DNA of 64,000 bases from contig JAVJQW010000023.1 of the NCBI GenBank assembly GCA_040218735.1, forward strand, positions 128,001 to 192,000. The letters run 5' to 3'. The translations under genes and the position numbers were made by a program. Shown here piece by piece: positions 50,851-59,334 of the stretch (position 1 is the stretch's first letter; each line of letters opens with the position of its first letter). Below the pieces are notes generated by a model, which did no database searches, was not told where the DNA came from, and worked only from the letters and a program-made list of their open reading frames with translations. This DNA is from Deltaproteobacteria bacterium (lineage in GTDB: Bacteria > Myxococcota > Kuafuiibacteriia > Kuafuiibacteriales > Kuafuiibacteriaceae).

Positions 50851-52329
50851 TCAGTCCTCGAGCGTGCCCACGTTCGGTCGTGTCTCGTCGATCGTCCCAA
50901 TCCTGGGTTTGTCGTCGTCGAGCACGTCCAACTGGGGACGGGTGTCTTCGATGATTTCGAGCTTGGGGGCGGGGGCCGCCGCCGGCGGCGCTTCCTCGAC
51001 CTCGGGTTCTTCTTCTTGTTCGGTCACTTCCGCGACCGCCTCGTCTTCGACGGGCGCGCGTCGCCGACGAACCCGACGACGGCGGACCTTCCGCTTGGGC
51101 GCGGCTTCGACCTCCTCAGTGCTCGACGGCTCGACGGTCTCTGCGTCGTCGGCCATCTCCGCGTCCTCCGCGTCCGGCGCCTCGGGCACGGGCGCCTCGG
51201 AGGGCTCGGGCGCGTCGAGCCCCGCGACCTTGGCGCTCGGCTCGGGGTCGTCGACCACGGTCGGCGCGGCGACCGGCGCTGCCTCTTCGCGAACCTCCGT
51301 CGCGGGCCACATCCACCACACCCCGAACAGCAGCAGCGCCGCGGCCGCCGCCATCCAGATCCACGCGCCCCCCTTCTTGCGCTCCTCTTCCTCGTCGAAG
51401 GGGAGCGGCGCCGGGTGCTCGAGCCCGCGCCCGCCCGCCAGGGGGGAAGCGGGCGAGGTGCCCAGGGGGCGCGGCGAAGCCGCGGCGCCGGCCGGGTGCT
51501 CGAGGGGCTCGGCCTGGGCCGCCGGCGCGTTCGCGAACGGCTCCGCCGGATCGATCCGCGTCGCCTCGACGCGCTCCACGACGGTCTTCTCCGTGCCCTC
51601 ACCCGTCGGCGCCGGAACGGGCGCGCTGGTCTCCTCGGGCGACGCCTCCAACGGCTGCGTCGGAACCGGCGGCTCCGGGGTCTCGGACTCCGCCTGCAGG
51701 CGAATCAGCAGATGGTCGGTGCGCCCTTCGATCGTCCGCGGAACGTTCTCGCGCGACGGCGAAGTGTGAATCCGCCCGCTCCGCCCGTGCATGATCTCAC
51801 GCAGCGCCACGAGCCCGGTGTGCTCACCGAGCTCGGCGTGCACGACCTCGCCGCGTTGTACGTGCACGATGCCGTGCGTCCCGACGTGCACGGTGATCGA
51901 GCTGCGCGCGAGCGAGAACGCCTGGAGGATGTCCGGCAACGTCAGGCCGTGGATGTTGCCGTGGTACCCGTCGAGGCAGTCGGTCGCCTTCTCGATCGCC
52001 TGCTGCAAATCCTTCGGCGTGAACGGCTTCGTCAGCACGTCGACCGCGCCCATCGCGATCGCCGCCTTGTAGTCCTGCGCCGTCGCGTACGCGCTCATGA
52101 GCAGCGTGCGTGTGTGCGGCGATGCGCCACGCGCGAGATCGATCAGCTCGATGCCGTCCTTGCCGGTCATCCGCAGGTCGGTCAGCAGGATGTCGATGTT
52201 CTCCGAGAACAGAACCTCGAGGGCGCTCTTCGCCGAGTACACGGGCGTCGCCTCGTGACCGAGGCGCGCGAGCTCGTCCACCACCGCGCGACAGAGGCGC
52301 GCGTCGTCGTCGACCACCAGGATATTCAC
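50851..52329 (-). CDS. Response regulator receiver + DUF4388 + transmembrane segment + acidic tail
   Basis: ILVVDDD, TDLRM, KPF; G.I....L.DILQ...GEVVHA (DUF4388); TM WIWMAAAAALLLFGVWWMW. Confidence 0.85.
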   Translation of the reverse strand: MNILVVDDDARLCRAVVDELARLGHEATPVYSAKSALEVLFSENIDILLTDLRMTGKDGIELIDLARGASPHTRTLLMSAYATAQDYKAAIAMGAVDVLTKPFTPKDLQQAIEKATDCLDGYHGNIHGLTLPDILQAFSLARSSITVHVGTHGIVHVQRGEVVHAELGEHTGLVALREIMHGRSGRIHTSPSRENVPRTIEGRTDHLLIRLQAESETPEPPVPTQPLEASPEETSAPVPAPTGEGTEKTVVERVEATRIDPAEPFANAPAAQAEPLEHPAGAAASPRPLGTSPASPLAGGRGLEHPAPLPFDEEEERKKGGAWIWMAAAAALLLFGVWWMWPATEVREEAAPVAAPTVVDDPEPSAKVAGLDAPEPSEAPVPEAPDAEDAEMADDAETVEPSSTEEVEAAPKRKVRRRRVRRRRAPVEDEAVAEVTEQEEEPEVEEAPPAAAPAPKLEIIEDTRPQLDVLDDDKPRIGTIDETRPNVGTLED

Positions 52330-53348
52330 AGCGCAGCGTCCTCCAGCAGGAACATGCGGTCGGCGCCGCAAAGGAGCCGAACCTCGAAACAGGTGCCGGG
52401 GTCAGGAGTCTCTCGCAGTCGCAGGTCACCGCCCAGCTGACGCGCCGCTTGCCTCGCGAGGCCGAGCCCCATCCCCATCCCGTCGACCTTGGTCGAGAAG
52501 AACGGATCGAAGATGCGCTCGCGCGTCTGCTGGTCGATGCCCGGGCCGTCGTCCATCACGAGGATGTTGTGGCCCTCGCCGTCCACGAGCCGCGAGCGCC
52601 CCGCGGTCACGACCTTGATCGTGACGGGGTCCGGCGTGCTGTGGACGGCGTTCGAGAAGAGGTTGATGAAGATGTGCTCGACCGTGAGCGGCGTGCCACG
52701 CACGGTCGCGGCCGGGTCGACGTCGATGCGCAGTTGGTTGTGATCGCCGCGGAAGAGCGGGCGCAGGATCTCACCGACCCGATCGAGGAGCTGCGCGAGC
52801 GGGATGTCGACGACGTCGGTCGCCGAAGCCGAGCGCACGATCGCGTCGACGGAGCGCTGCTGCAGCTCACACGAGGTCGCGATCTCGTCGAGGAGATCTT
52901 CGATCTCCTCGGTGCGGAGCTCCTTCCAGCGATTGCGGAGGACACCGACGTTGAACGTGAGCGTCGACAGCGGCGAGCGCATGTCGTGTGCGGCGCTGGA
53001 AACGATGCGCGCAAAGAGCGCCTGCGTGCTCTGGTAGATCTGCGCCGACGCGGAGAGATCGGCGCCCGGCGGATCCACCACGACCATCACGTGCTCCGAG
53101 TCGTAGTCGTAATGAAGGAAACTGATCGGTCCGGATGGCGTGAGCCAGTCGACGGTCGCGTTCTGCCGGCTGTTGATCAGCTCCGTCCAAAGCGGCGGCG
53201 GGAATCGGAGGACGCTGTCCTTTTCGACGATGCGCGCTTGTTCGAGGCGCGCCATCGCGGGCGGAGCGATCGACACAACGACACCGTCACGTGTCACGAG
53301 CGCAAACCTGCCGGTGGCCTGAGAGAGTTCCAATGTGCCGCTTCTCAC
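52326..53348 (-). CDS. Cytoplasmic sensor histidine kinase
   Basis: AHDMRSPL H-box, NLFSNA, DDGPGI, FDPFFSTK, GMGLGL; no TM. Confidence 0.9.
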   Translation of the reverse strand: MRSGTLELSQATGRFALVTRDGVVVSIAPPAMARLEQARIVEKDSVLRFPPPLWTELINSRQNATVDWLTPSGPISFLHYDYDSEHVMVVVDPPGADLSASAQIYQSTQALFARIVSSAAHDMRSPLSTLTFNVGVLRNRWKELRTEEIEDLLDEIATSCELQQRSVDAIVRSASATDVVDIPLAQLLDRVGEILRPLFRGDHNQLRIDVDPAATVRGTPLTVEHIFINLFSNAVHSTPDPVTIKVVTAGRSRLVDGEGHNILVMDDGPGIDQQTRERIFDPFFSTKVDGMGMGLGLARQAARQLGGDLRLRETPDPGTCFEVRLLCGADRMFLLEDAAL

Positions 53349-53612
53349 GCGCCAGCACCCCCGGGCCTGGCGACTCCCCGCTCCGTCGTTCCCCCAGCGA
53401 CGCGCGAGACGTTGCGAATATGTGACGGAAAGGGCGCGGTGTCGACATATCGACGCCCTCGCATCACTCTGAAACGTCGACCGAGTGTGGACTGCGCGAA
53501 AGATCGGGGGATTCTCACGGCGGGCGCACGCGTACCTCGGTGGTGATGTGGGACGCAGACCTCCACACTTCCGCTTGGGCGTGCTCCGCGCGTTGCACTA
53601 AGGTTGTGCGCG

Positions 53613-54092
53613 ATGCTTCGGCGCGCTTCGTCGACCTGCTGCCTCTTGTTCGTCCTCGCCTGCGGCGAGGAGCCGGCTCGCTACCCCGCGAGTGACCCGG
53701 GCTCCAACGGGTCGCAAGCGACGGTGACCGTCGAGTTCGAATATCACGCTGCCACCGCGCGCGACGTCGAGGTCACGAGCCGCGCCGTCGAGTGTGCGGC
53801 GCTAGTGGGCCCGACGCACATCCACACCTCCTGGAACGACTACGAGGCCAAGCCGCTGTTCAAGGCCGGCGAGGAGCTGTGGAAGATCACGTACGAAGAC
53901 GTCCCCGTCGGACAGCTGCGCATCCGCGTCAGTGACGCCAACGTCTGCGACGAAAACGCGACGGGCGCCGTCACCGCGCACGCCGTCTACGCCAACGGCG
54001 TGTTGCTCACCGGACGCGTCGACACGCCGGGCAACGGAATCGAACCCGGATTCAAGATGAGGACCGACGCCCAGGGCAACGTCACCCCCTGA
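53613..54092 (+). CDS. Hypothetical lipoprotein
   Basis: Lipobox VLAC; beta-rich mature part. Confidence 0.7.
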   Translation: MLRRASSTCCLLFVLACGEEPARYPASDPGSNGSQATVTVEFEYHAATARDVEVTSRAVECAALVGPTHIHTSWNDYEAKPLFKAGEELWKITYEDVPVGQLRIRVSDANVCDENATGAVTAHAVYANGVLLTGRVDTPGNGIEPGFKMRTDAQGNVTP

Positions 54093-54098
54093 CGCGCG

Positions 54099-55226
54099 CT
54101 ACGCTTCGTAGGCTTCTTCGCCGCCCTCGGCTTCGCCCTCGCCGCCCTCGTCGTCGCCCCAGAAACAGAACGCGAACTTGAGGTACTTCGGGTTGATCTT
54201 CCCGCGCGCCGCGAGCCGTTCCACCCGCAGCAGCACGAGGTCCTGCAGGCGGCGCAGCTTCGCGTCGTCGAGGTCGTCGTTTTCGTTGAGGCGGTAGACG
54301 TACTGCTTGAGGAGCTTGCCGTGCATCCGCGGGATGCGCTGCGCGAGCTGCTGGACGAAGTGCGGTCGTTCTCCGCGACACGACTGCGCCAACCGGAACA
54401 GCCCCGCCTTCTGGAAGAGCTCGCGTTGGAAGCGCTCCTGCGCGTCCGGCGTGTCGGGGCGCGGCTCGGCCTTGAGCCCGAGCACCATCCGCGACAGGAA
54501 CTCGTTCGCCTCGTTGATGTCCATCGCGTCGCGTTCCTCGGTCTCCTTGACCGCCGCGATCAGCTCCTCGGACGCCTGGCGCGTGAGCTTGCTCCCCAGC
54601 TCTGCGAGCGAACGTCGCCCCATCGTCGAGAACGCGGCCGCGAGCTGGTCGATCCCCATCGCGCGCACGAGCTGGACGAGCTCCCGCGCGTCGAACAGCG
54701 CGATGTCCTTGAAGTAGAAGTTCGTCGGCTCACTCGGCGGCTGCGGCATCGAAGCGAACTTCGATTCGAACTTCTGCCGCACCAGCCGCATGACCTCGAG
54801 CCGCGTCCCCTTCAGGTCTTCCTTGCTCGGGACCTTCTGCCGCACCTTGGTCGGTAGCTGCGACAGGATGCGGCTCCGCGCTCCGGACGACAGCTGCGCG
54901 AGGATGATGCCGATCGTGAGCGGCTGCTCGCCCTTCACCGCCTGCAGCAACCACGAAGGATCGATCTGCTCGAGCCCCGCGAGCCCCGCGAACTGGATCA
55001 ACCGACGCATCTCGCGCACCACCGCCGCGACGCGGTGATCCGGCTCGAGCTCGAGGAGCGCTTCGGCGCGGTCTTGGATGAGGAAGGCGTCGTCGTCGCC
55101 GAGCAGCTCGAGGAGCGGCAAGTCCTCCTGCCCCCCCTGCGTGAAGATGGTCGCGAGGAGCATCGTGTTCCGCGGGTTGAGCGGATAGAACAGGTTCGCG
55201 GAAGCTCCGAGACCCGGCGAGACCAT
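54099..55226 (-). CDS. FliG-like / SctK-position type III secretion accessory protein
   Basis: IDPSWL...EQPLTIGIILAQL resembles the FliG middle domain (EHPQ..A.IL); lies immediately downstream of sctJ. Confidence 0.55.
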   Translation of the reverse strand: MVSPGLGASANLFYPLNPRNTMLLATIFTQGGQEDLPLLELLGDDDAFLIQDRAEALLELEPDHRVAAVVREMRRLIQFAGLAGLEQIDPSWLLQAVKGEQPLTIGIILAQLSSGARSRILSQLPTKVRQKVPSKEDLKGTRLEVMRLVRQKFESKFASMPQPPSEPTNFYFKDIALFDARELVQLVRAMGIDQLAAAFSTMGRRSLAELGSKLTRQASEELIAAVKETEERDAMDINEANEFLSRMVLGLKAEPRPDTPDAQERFQRELFQKAGLFRLAQSCRGERPHFVQQLAQRIPRMHGKLLKQYVYRLNENDDLDDAKLRRLQDLVLLRVERLAARGKINPKYLKFAFCFWGDDEGGEGEAEGGEEAYEA

Positions 55227-55229
55227 CGC

Positions 55230-56075
55230 TTACTTCCGGTGCTGCTGGAACTGCGCGGTGAGGCGCGTGAGGTCCTTGCGGTAGCGCATCGCGCGGAGCA
55301 CCGCGATCACCGCCATGCCGGCGAGCACACCCGCCACGACGATCGCGCCGAGCAGCAGGTTAATGACCTTCCTCTTGTTGCCCTCGCACAGCGTGATGCC
55401 GATGACCGACTCCTTCTTGCAGTGCGTGCGCGGGTTCGGAGGCGGGGGGTTCGGGTTGTTCGGATCGCGCGTCTTGACGACCGATTCGTTGGACCGCGGC
55501 GTGAGCATCACGCTCACTTCACCCGACTTGATCTCCGGCACCGCGGCGTACGCGAAGCGCTGCACGTCCTCCTGCGTGAACGGGGGCGCACCCGCGTCAT
55601 CCGGCTGGAACACCACGATCACCGACGCCTTCGGGCGCGGCGGCTCCGCCGTCGGGTCGCGCAGCGGGTTGTCGATCGGGATGCTGACCACCGCCTTCAC
55701 GTCGACGACGCGCGGCAGGTCGCGCAGGGCGTTGATGATGTCGCCGCGGATCGCGACCTGCTTCTTCAGGAGCTGCTGCTCGGGCGTGGGGATCATGCCG
55801 CCTTCGAGCAGATCCGCCGACTCCGTCGCCGGTTTGTCCGGCAGGTTGAACTCGCTGAGGATCGACAGTGCCCCGTGGGAGTCCGTCTCGGGGACCATCA
55901 CGTTGAACGCGAGCTCACGCGAGTCCTCGTCCTTGAGCTTCACGGCCTCGACCCCGCGGTCCTTCAGGATCTTCACGATCCGGTTGGCCTGCCGCTCGGT
56001 CTGTTGGTGGGCGATCGTCTCCTGCGCACAGGCCATACCGGTCAGCGCGAGGGCCAAGATCAGGACACGCCACAT
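55230..56075 (-). CDS. sctJ: Type III secretion inner-membrane ring lipoprotein (SctJ/YscJ family)
   Basis: Lipobox GMAC; ERQAN.I...L...G, NLP, GMIPTP, L..LP.V...A.V.IP, PKASV, AVPEI....VSV, C-terminal TM. Confidence 0.85.
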   Translation of the reverse strand: MWRVLILALALTGMACAQETIAHQQTERQANRIVKILKDRGVEAVKLKDEDSRELAFNVMVPETDSHGALSILSEFNLPDKPATESADLLEGGMIPTPEQQLLKKQVAIRGDIINALRDLPRVVDVKAVVSIPIDNPLRDPTAEPPRPKASVIVVFQPDDAGAPPFTQEDVQRFAYAAVPEIKSGEVSVMLTPRSNESVVKTRDPNNPNPPPPNPRTHCKKESVIGITLCEGNKRKVINLLLGAIVVAGVLAGMAVIAVLRAMRYRKDLTRLTAQFQQHRK

Positions 56076-56122
56076 CGGAAGACAAGAGGTACCACGGCCG
56101 TTCGGCCCCGAGCAAAAACCGT

Positions 56123-57661
56123 TCAATTACCGCCCCCTCCCGTCAGTGCCCCACCGGCTATCGTCAGCAACGTCTTGAGGTCTTCATCGTTGAACCGGAC
56201 CCCGAGGCCCAGGAAGTAGTCGATCGTGCCCGGGTTCAGCGGGTCGTCGACGCCGCCGTGCGCGTAGACGTGCGGCACGACCTCGAACAGCGCGAGCGCC
56301 TTGGTCCGCGGGAAGCGGGCCTCCTCGCCGAACCGGTTGACGTCCAAGAGGATCTCCAGCCGGTCGTCGAAGAAGTGCATGTTGGCGCCGATGCCGCCGG
56401 TGCCTTCGATGATCCCGAACCGCAGCGACAGCCAGTAGTACCGCTTCGCGAACTGCAGCGAGAAGTTGAGCCCGTCGCGCGTGGTCGTCCGACGCTCGCG
56501 GTACTGGAACGCACGCCCCAGCTCCGGCGAGGTGGTCTGCACGTCCTCGATGACCGTGTCGCGCACGCCGCGTGGATCGTCGACGACCTCGAAGATGTAC
56601 GACTTGTCCTCGCGGGGCGACAGGACGAACTGCACGTAGTTCTTCGTCGACGCGGTGCGGAACTGGTACTCGCTGCGGAGGTTCACCCAGGTCTGCAGCC
56701 GAGAGATGCCGCCCACGAGCGAGTTCACGCCCTCCGCGGCTTCGTTGATGTTCTGGTAGATGCCCTCATCGTTGACGAGCTTGCCGACGGTGCCCTCGCC
56801 TTCGTCGATCTTCGCGGTGATCGAGGCGATGTTCTCCAGCGACCGGTTCATCGTCTCGAGCGTCTGCTTGAGCGACTTCACGGAGTCCTTGATCTCTTCC
56901 TTGTTCTGACCCGCGACGATGGTCTCGATCTGCTCCGACGTCCGCCGCACCGACTCCGCGATCGCGCGGGTGTCGCGGACGATCGCCTCCACGTCGCGTT
57001 CCTTGCCGCGCGAGATCGAAGACAGGTCCGCGGTGAACGACTCGATGTTCGCGAGGATCTTGTCGAGCTTCTCGGTGTTGTCGCCGATGTTCATCGACAC
57101 CTCTTCCAACACCTTGCGCGCGGCCGCCGCCGACCCCTGCACGTCGAGAACGATCTGTTCGAGCGGCGCCGGCTCCCCCGGCCTGCCCTTCACGAGCTTG
57201 CCGATCGACTCCGACATCTCGCGGACCTCCATCACGATGGCGTCCACGTTCGACAGCGACTTCACGTTCTTGATCTCGCCGCCGTTCTGGAGGCGCGCGG
57301 TCGACGGAGAGCCCGGCTCGACGGCGAGCTTGTAGTCACCGAGCAGCGAGATCGCGACCTTCTCGATCGACGCGTCGTCGTAGAGCTGGACCTCCTCGTC
57401 GATCTCCAGCGTCACCTGCGCCTTCCCGTCGACGAGCTTGATCTCCTTGATGCGCCCGATGTCGATGCCGGCGATCTGCACCGGCGACTTCTCCTCGAGC
57501 CCGAGCACGTCGTCGAAGTTCGCGCTCACCTCGTACGCGTCCGCGCTGCCGAGGCTGCGCGTCGAAACGACCTGCATGAACGCGCCGAACGCCACGAACG
57601 ACCCCGCGACGAGCAACCCCACCTTGAACGGGGTCAGGACCTTGGTTGCGCCGTCCGCCAT
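56123..57661 (-). CDS. mlaD: MCE/MlaD family protein (long form)
   Basis: N-terminal TM; GL...SPV.IAGI.IG.I, SLLGDY; helical region with GEGTVGKL; C-terminal beta-rich domain. Confidence 0.9.
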   Translation of the reverse strand: MADGATKVLTPFKVGLLVAGSFVAFGAFMQVVSTRSLGSADAYEVSANFDDVLGLEEKSPVQIAGIDIGRIKEIKLVDGKAQVTLEIDEEVQLYDDASIEKVAISLLGDYKLAVEPGSPSTARLQNGGEIKNVKSLSNVDAIVMEVREMSESIGKLVKGRPGEPAPLEQIVLDVQGSAAAARKVLEEVSMNIGDNTEKLDKILANIESFTADLSSISRGKERDVEAIVRDTRAIAESVRRTSEQIETIVAGQNKEEIKDSVKSLKQTLETMNRSLENIASITAKIDEGEGTVGKLVNDEGIYQNINEAAEGVNSLVGGISRLQTWVNLRSEYQFRTASTKNYVQFVLSPREDKSYIFEVVDDPRGVRDTVIEDVQTTSPELGRAFQYRERRTTTRDGLNFSLQFAKRYYWLSLRFGIIEGTGGIGANMHFFDDRLEILLDVNRFGEEARFPRTKALALFEVVPHVYAHGGVDDPLNPGTIDYFLGLGVRFNDEDLKTLLTIAGGALTGGGGN

Positions 57662-58414
57662 TCAGTTCTTCCTGAACCAGGTCCCCAGGAACTGCTGCAC
57701 GAACTCGTGGTCCGCGGCCTTCACCTTGTCCGGCGCGCCGTACGCCACGATCTCCCCGTTGTAGAGGAACGCGATCCGGTCCGCGATGTTGAAGGACGAG
57801 GCGATGTCGTGGCTGATGACGACACTCGTCACCTTCAGCTTGTCCTTCGCGCGTTTGATCATCTCGTCCACGTAGTCCGTCGTGATCGGATCGAGGCCCG
57901 TCGTCGGCTCGTCGTACAGCACGATCTTCGGGTCCATGATGATGGCACGAGCCAGACCGACACGTTTGCGCATACCACCCGACAAATCGGCGGGGAACTT
58001 GTCTTCGATGCCCTCCAGACCGAACAGCGCGAGCTTCTCGGCCACCAGCTCGCGGACCTGCGCGTCCGTCAGGTCCTTGCGGTGCTCCCGCAGCGGGAAC
58101 GCGACGTTGTCGAGCACGTTCATCGAGTCGAACAGCGCCGCCCACTGGAAAACCATGCCGAACTTCGCGCGCATCCGCGTGAGGTCCTCGCCCTCGAGCT
58201 TGGAGACATCCTCACCGTCGACGACGACCTTCCCCTCGTCGGGGTGCAGCAGGCCGATCAGGTGCTTCATCAGGACGGACTTGCCGCTCCCGGAACCACC
58301 GAGGATCACCGTCGTCGTCCCTACGGGGAAGTCGAGCGAGATGCCGCGCAGGACGTGGTTCCTCCCGAAGCTCTTGTGAACGTTCGTGGTCTGGATGATC
58401 GCCTCGTCGCTCAT
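57662..58414 (-). CDS. mlaF: MlaF-type ABC ATP-binding protein
   Basis: GGSGSGKS, FQWAALFDSM, LSGGMRKRV, YDEPTTGLDP, SHD. Confidence 0.92.
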   Translation of the reverse strand: MSDEAIIQTTNVHKSFGRNHVLRGISLDFPVGTTTVILGGSGSGKSVLMKHLIGLLHPDEGKVVVDGEDVSKLEGEDLTRMRAKFGMVFQWAALFDSMNVLDNVAFPLREHRKDLTDAQVRELVAEKLALFGLEGIEDKFPADLSGGMRKRVGLARAIIMDPKIVLYDEPTTGLDPITTDYVDEMIKRAKDKLKVTSVVISHDIASSFNIADRIAFLYNGEIVAYGAPDKVKAADHEFVQQFLGTWFRKN

Positions 58415-59244
58415 CAGTCCCACACCACCAGCAAGAAGCTCGTGAGCACGTAGTCGAGCACGAGGATCATCACCGACCCCGCGACCACGGTGCGCGTCGC
58501 CGCGAGCCCGACACCGCGTGAGCCGCCGCTCGCGTTCATGCCCTTCTGACAGGCGATCAGCGCGATCGCGAAGCCGAACACCGCCGACTTCATCAGCCCG
58601 CCCGCCAGATCCGTGAACTCCACGATCTGGTGGATGCGGCCCATGAACGTGCCCTCGTTGATGCCGGCCTGGAACACCGAGACGATGTACGCGCCCACGA
58701 AGCCGACCGCGTTGAAGAGCATCGTGAGCATCGGCATCATCAGCGTCATCGCGAGCACGCGGGGGACGACGAGGTACTGAACGGGCGACACCGCCATCGT
58801 CGACAGCGCGTCGATCTGCTCGGTGACGCGCATCGTGCCGAGCTCGGTCGCGATCGCGGACCCGGCGCGCCCCGTGACCATCAACCCGGTGAGCACCGGC
58901 GCCAGCTCGCGGCACAGGGAGATGACGACCGTCGCGCCGACCAGCGACTCGGCGGAGAACTTCGCGAACGCAAACGAGGACTGGAGCGCGAAGACCAGGC
59001 CGGTGAACAGACCGGTCAGCAGGACGATGAACAGCGAGCCGACCCCGATGAACTCACACTGGGTGAGGAACAGCCCGATGCGGAACGGGGGCCGGAACAT
59101 CCAGCTGACGCTCTGAAAGAAGAGCATCGCCGTCTCGCCGATCTCGGTGAAGCTCTCGATCACGACCGTGCCGAGGCTCTCGAAGGGCGACCGGAGGACC
59201 TGCACGACCGCGGACGGCTTGTCTTCGGCCGACTCCGACGTCAC
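58414..59244 (-). CDS. mlaE: MlaE-type ABC permease
   Basis: IGVGSL, RELAPVLT, GRAGSA, ELGTMRVTEQIDAL, YLVVPR, GVG.A.T. Confidence 0.93.
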   Translation of the reverse strand: MTSESAEDKPSAVVQVLRSPFESLGTVVIESFTEIGETAMLFFQSVSWMFRPPFRIGLFLTQCEFIGVGSLFIVLLTGLFTGLVFALQSSFAFAKFSAESLVGATVVISLCRELAPVLTGLMVTGRAGSAIATELGTMRVTEQIDALSTMAVSPVQYLVVPRVLAMTLMMPMLTMLFNAVGFVGAYIVSVFQAGINEGTFMGRIHQIVEFTDLAGGLMKSAVFGFAIALIACQKGMNASGGSRGVGLAATRTVVAGSVMILVLDYVLTSFLLVVWD

Positions 59245-59334
59245 GGGCCGGAGGCTAGCGAGTGGCGCGCAGCAAAGCCAGCTATCGACGGGACTGGCTG
59301 AGGTGGCCGGTTTGCCGCTAGGATCCCGCCCGGC

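Noticed and set aside
54099-55226. Flagellar motor gene cluster
   Set aside because: Neighbour is a short lipoprotein of SctJ type, not FliF; no other flagellar genes in the window
59304-59319. Sigma-54 promoter before the Hsp70 gene (TGGCCGG-N4-CCGC)
   Set aside because: Only GG and GC match; too weak in a GC-rich genome
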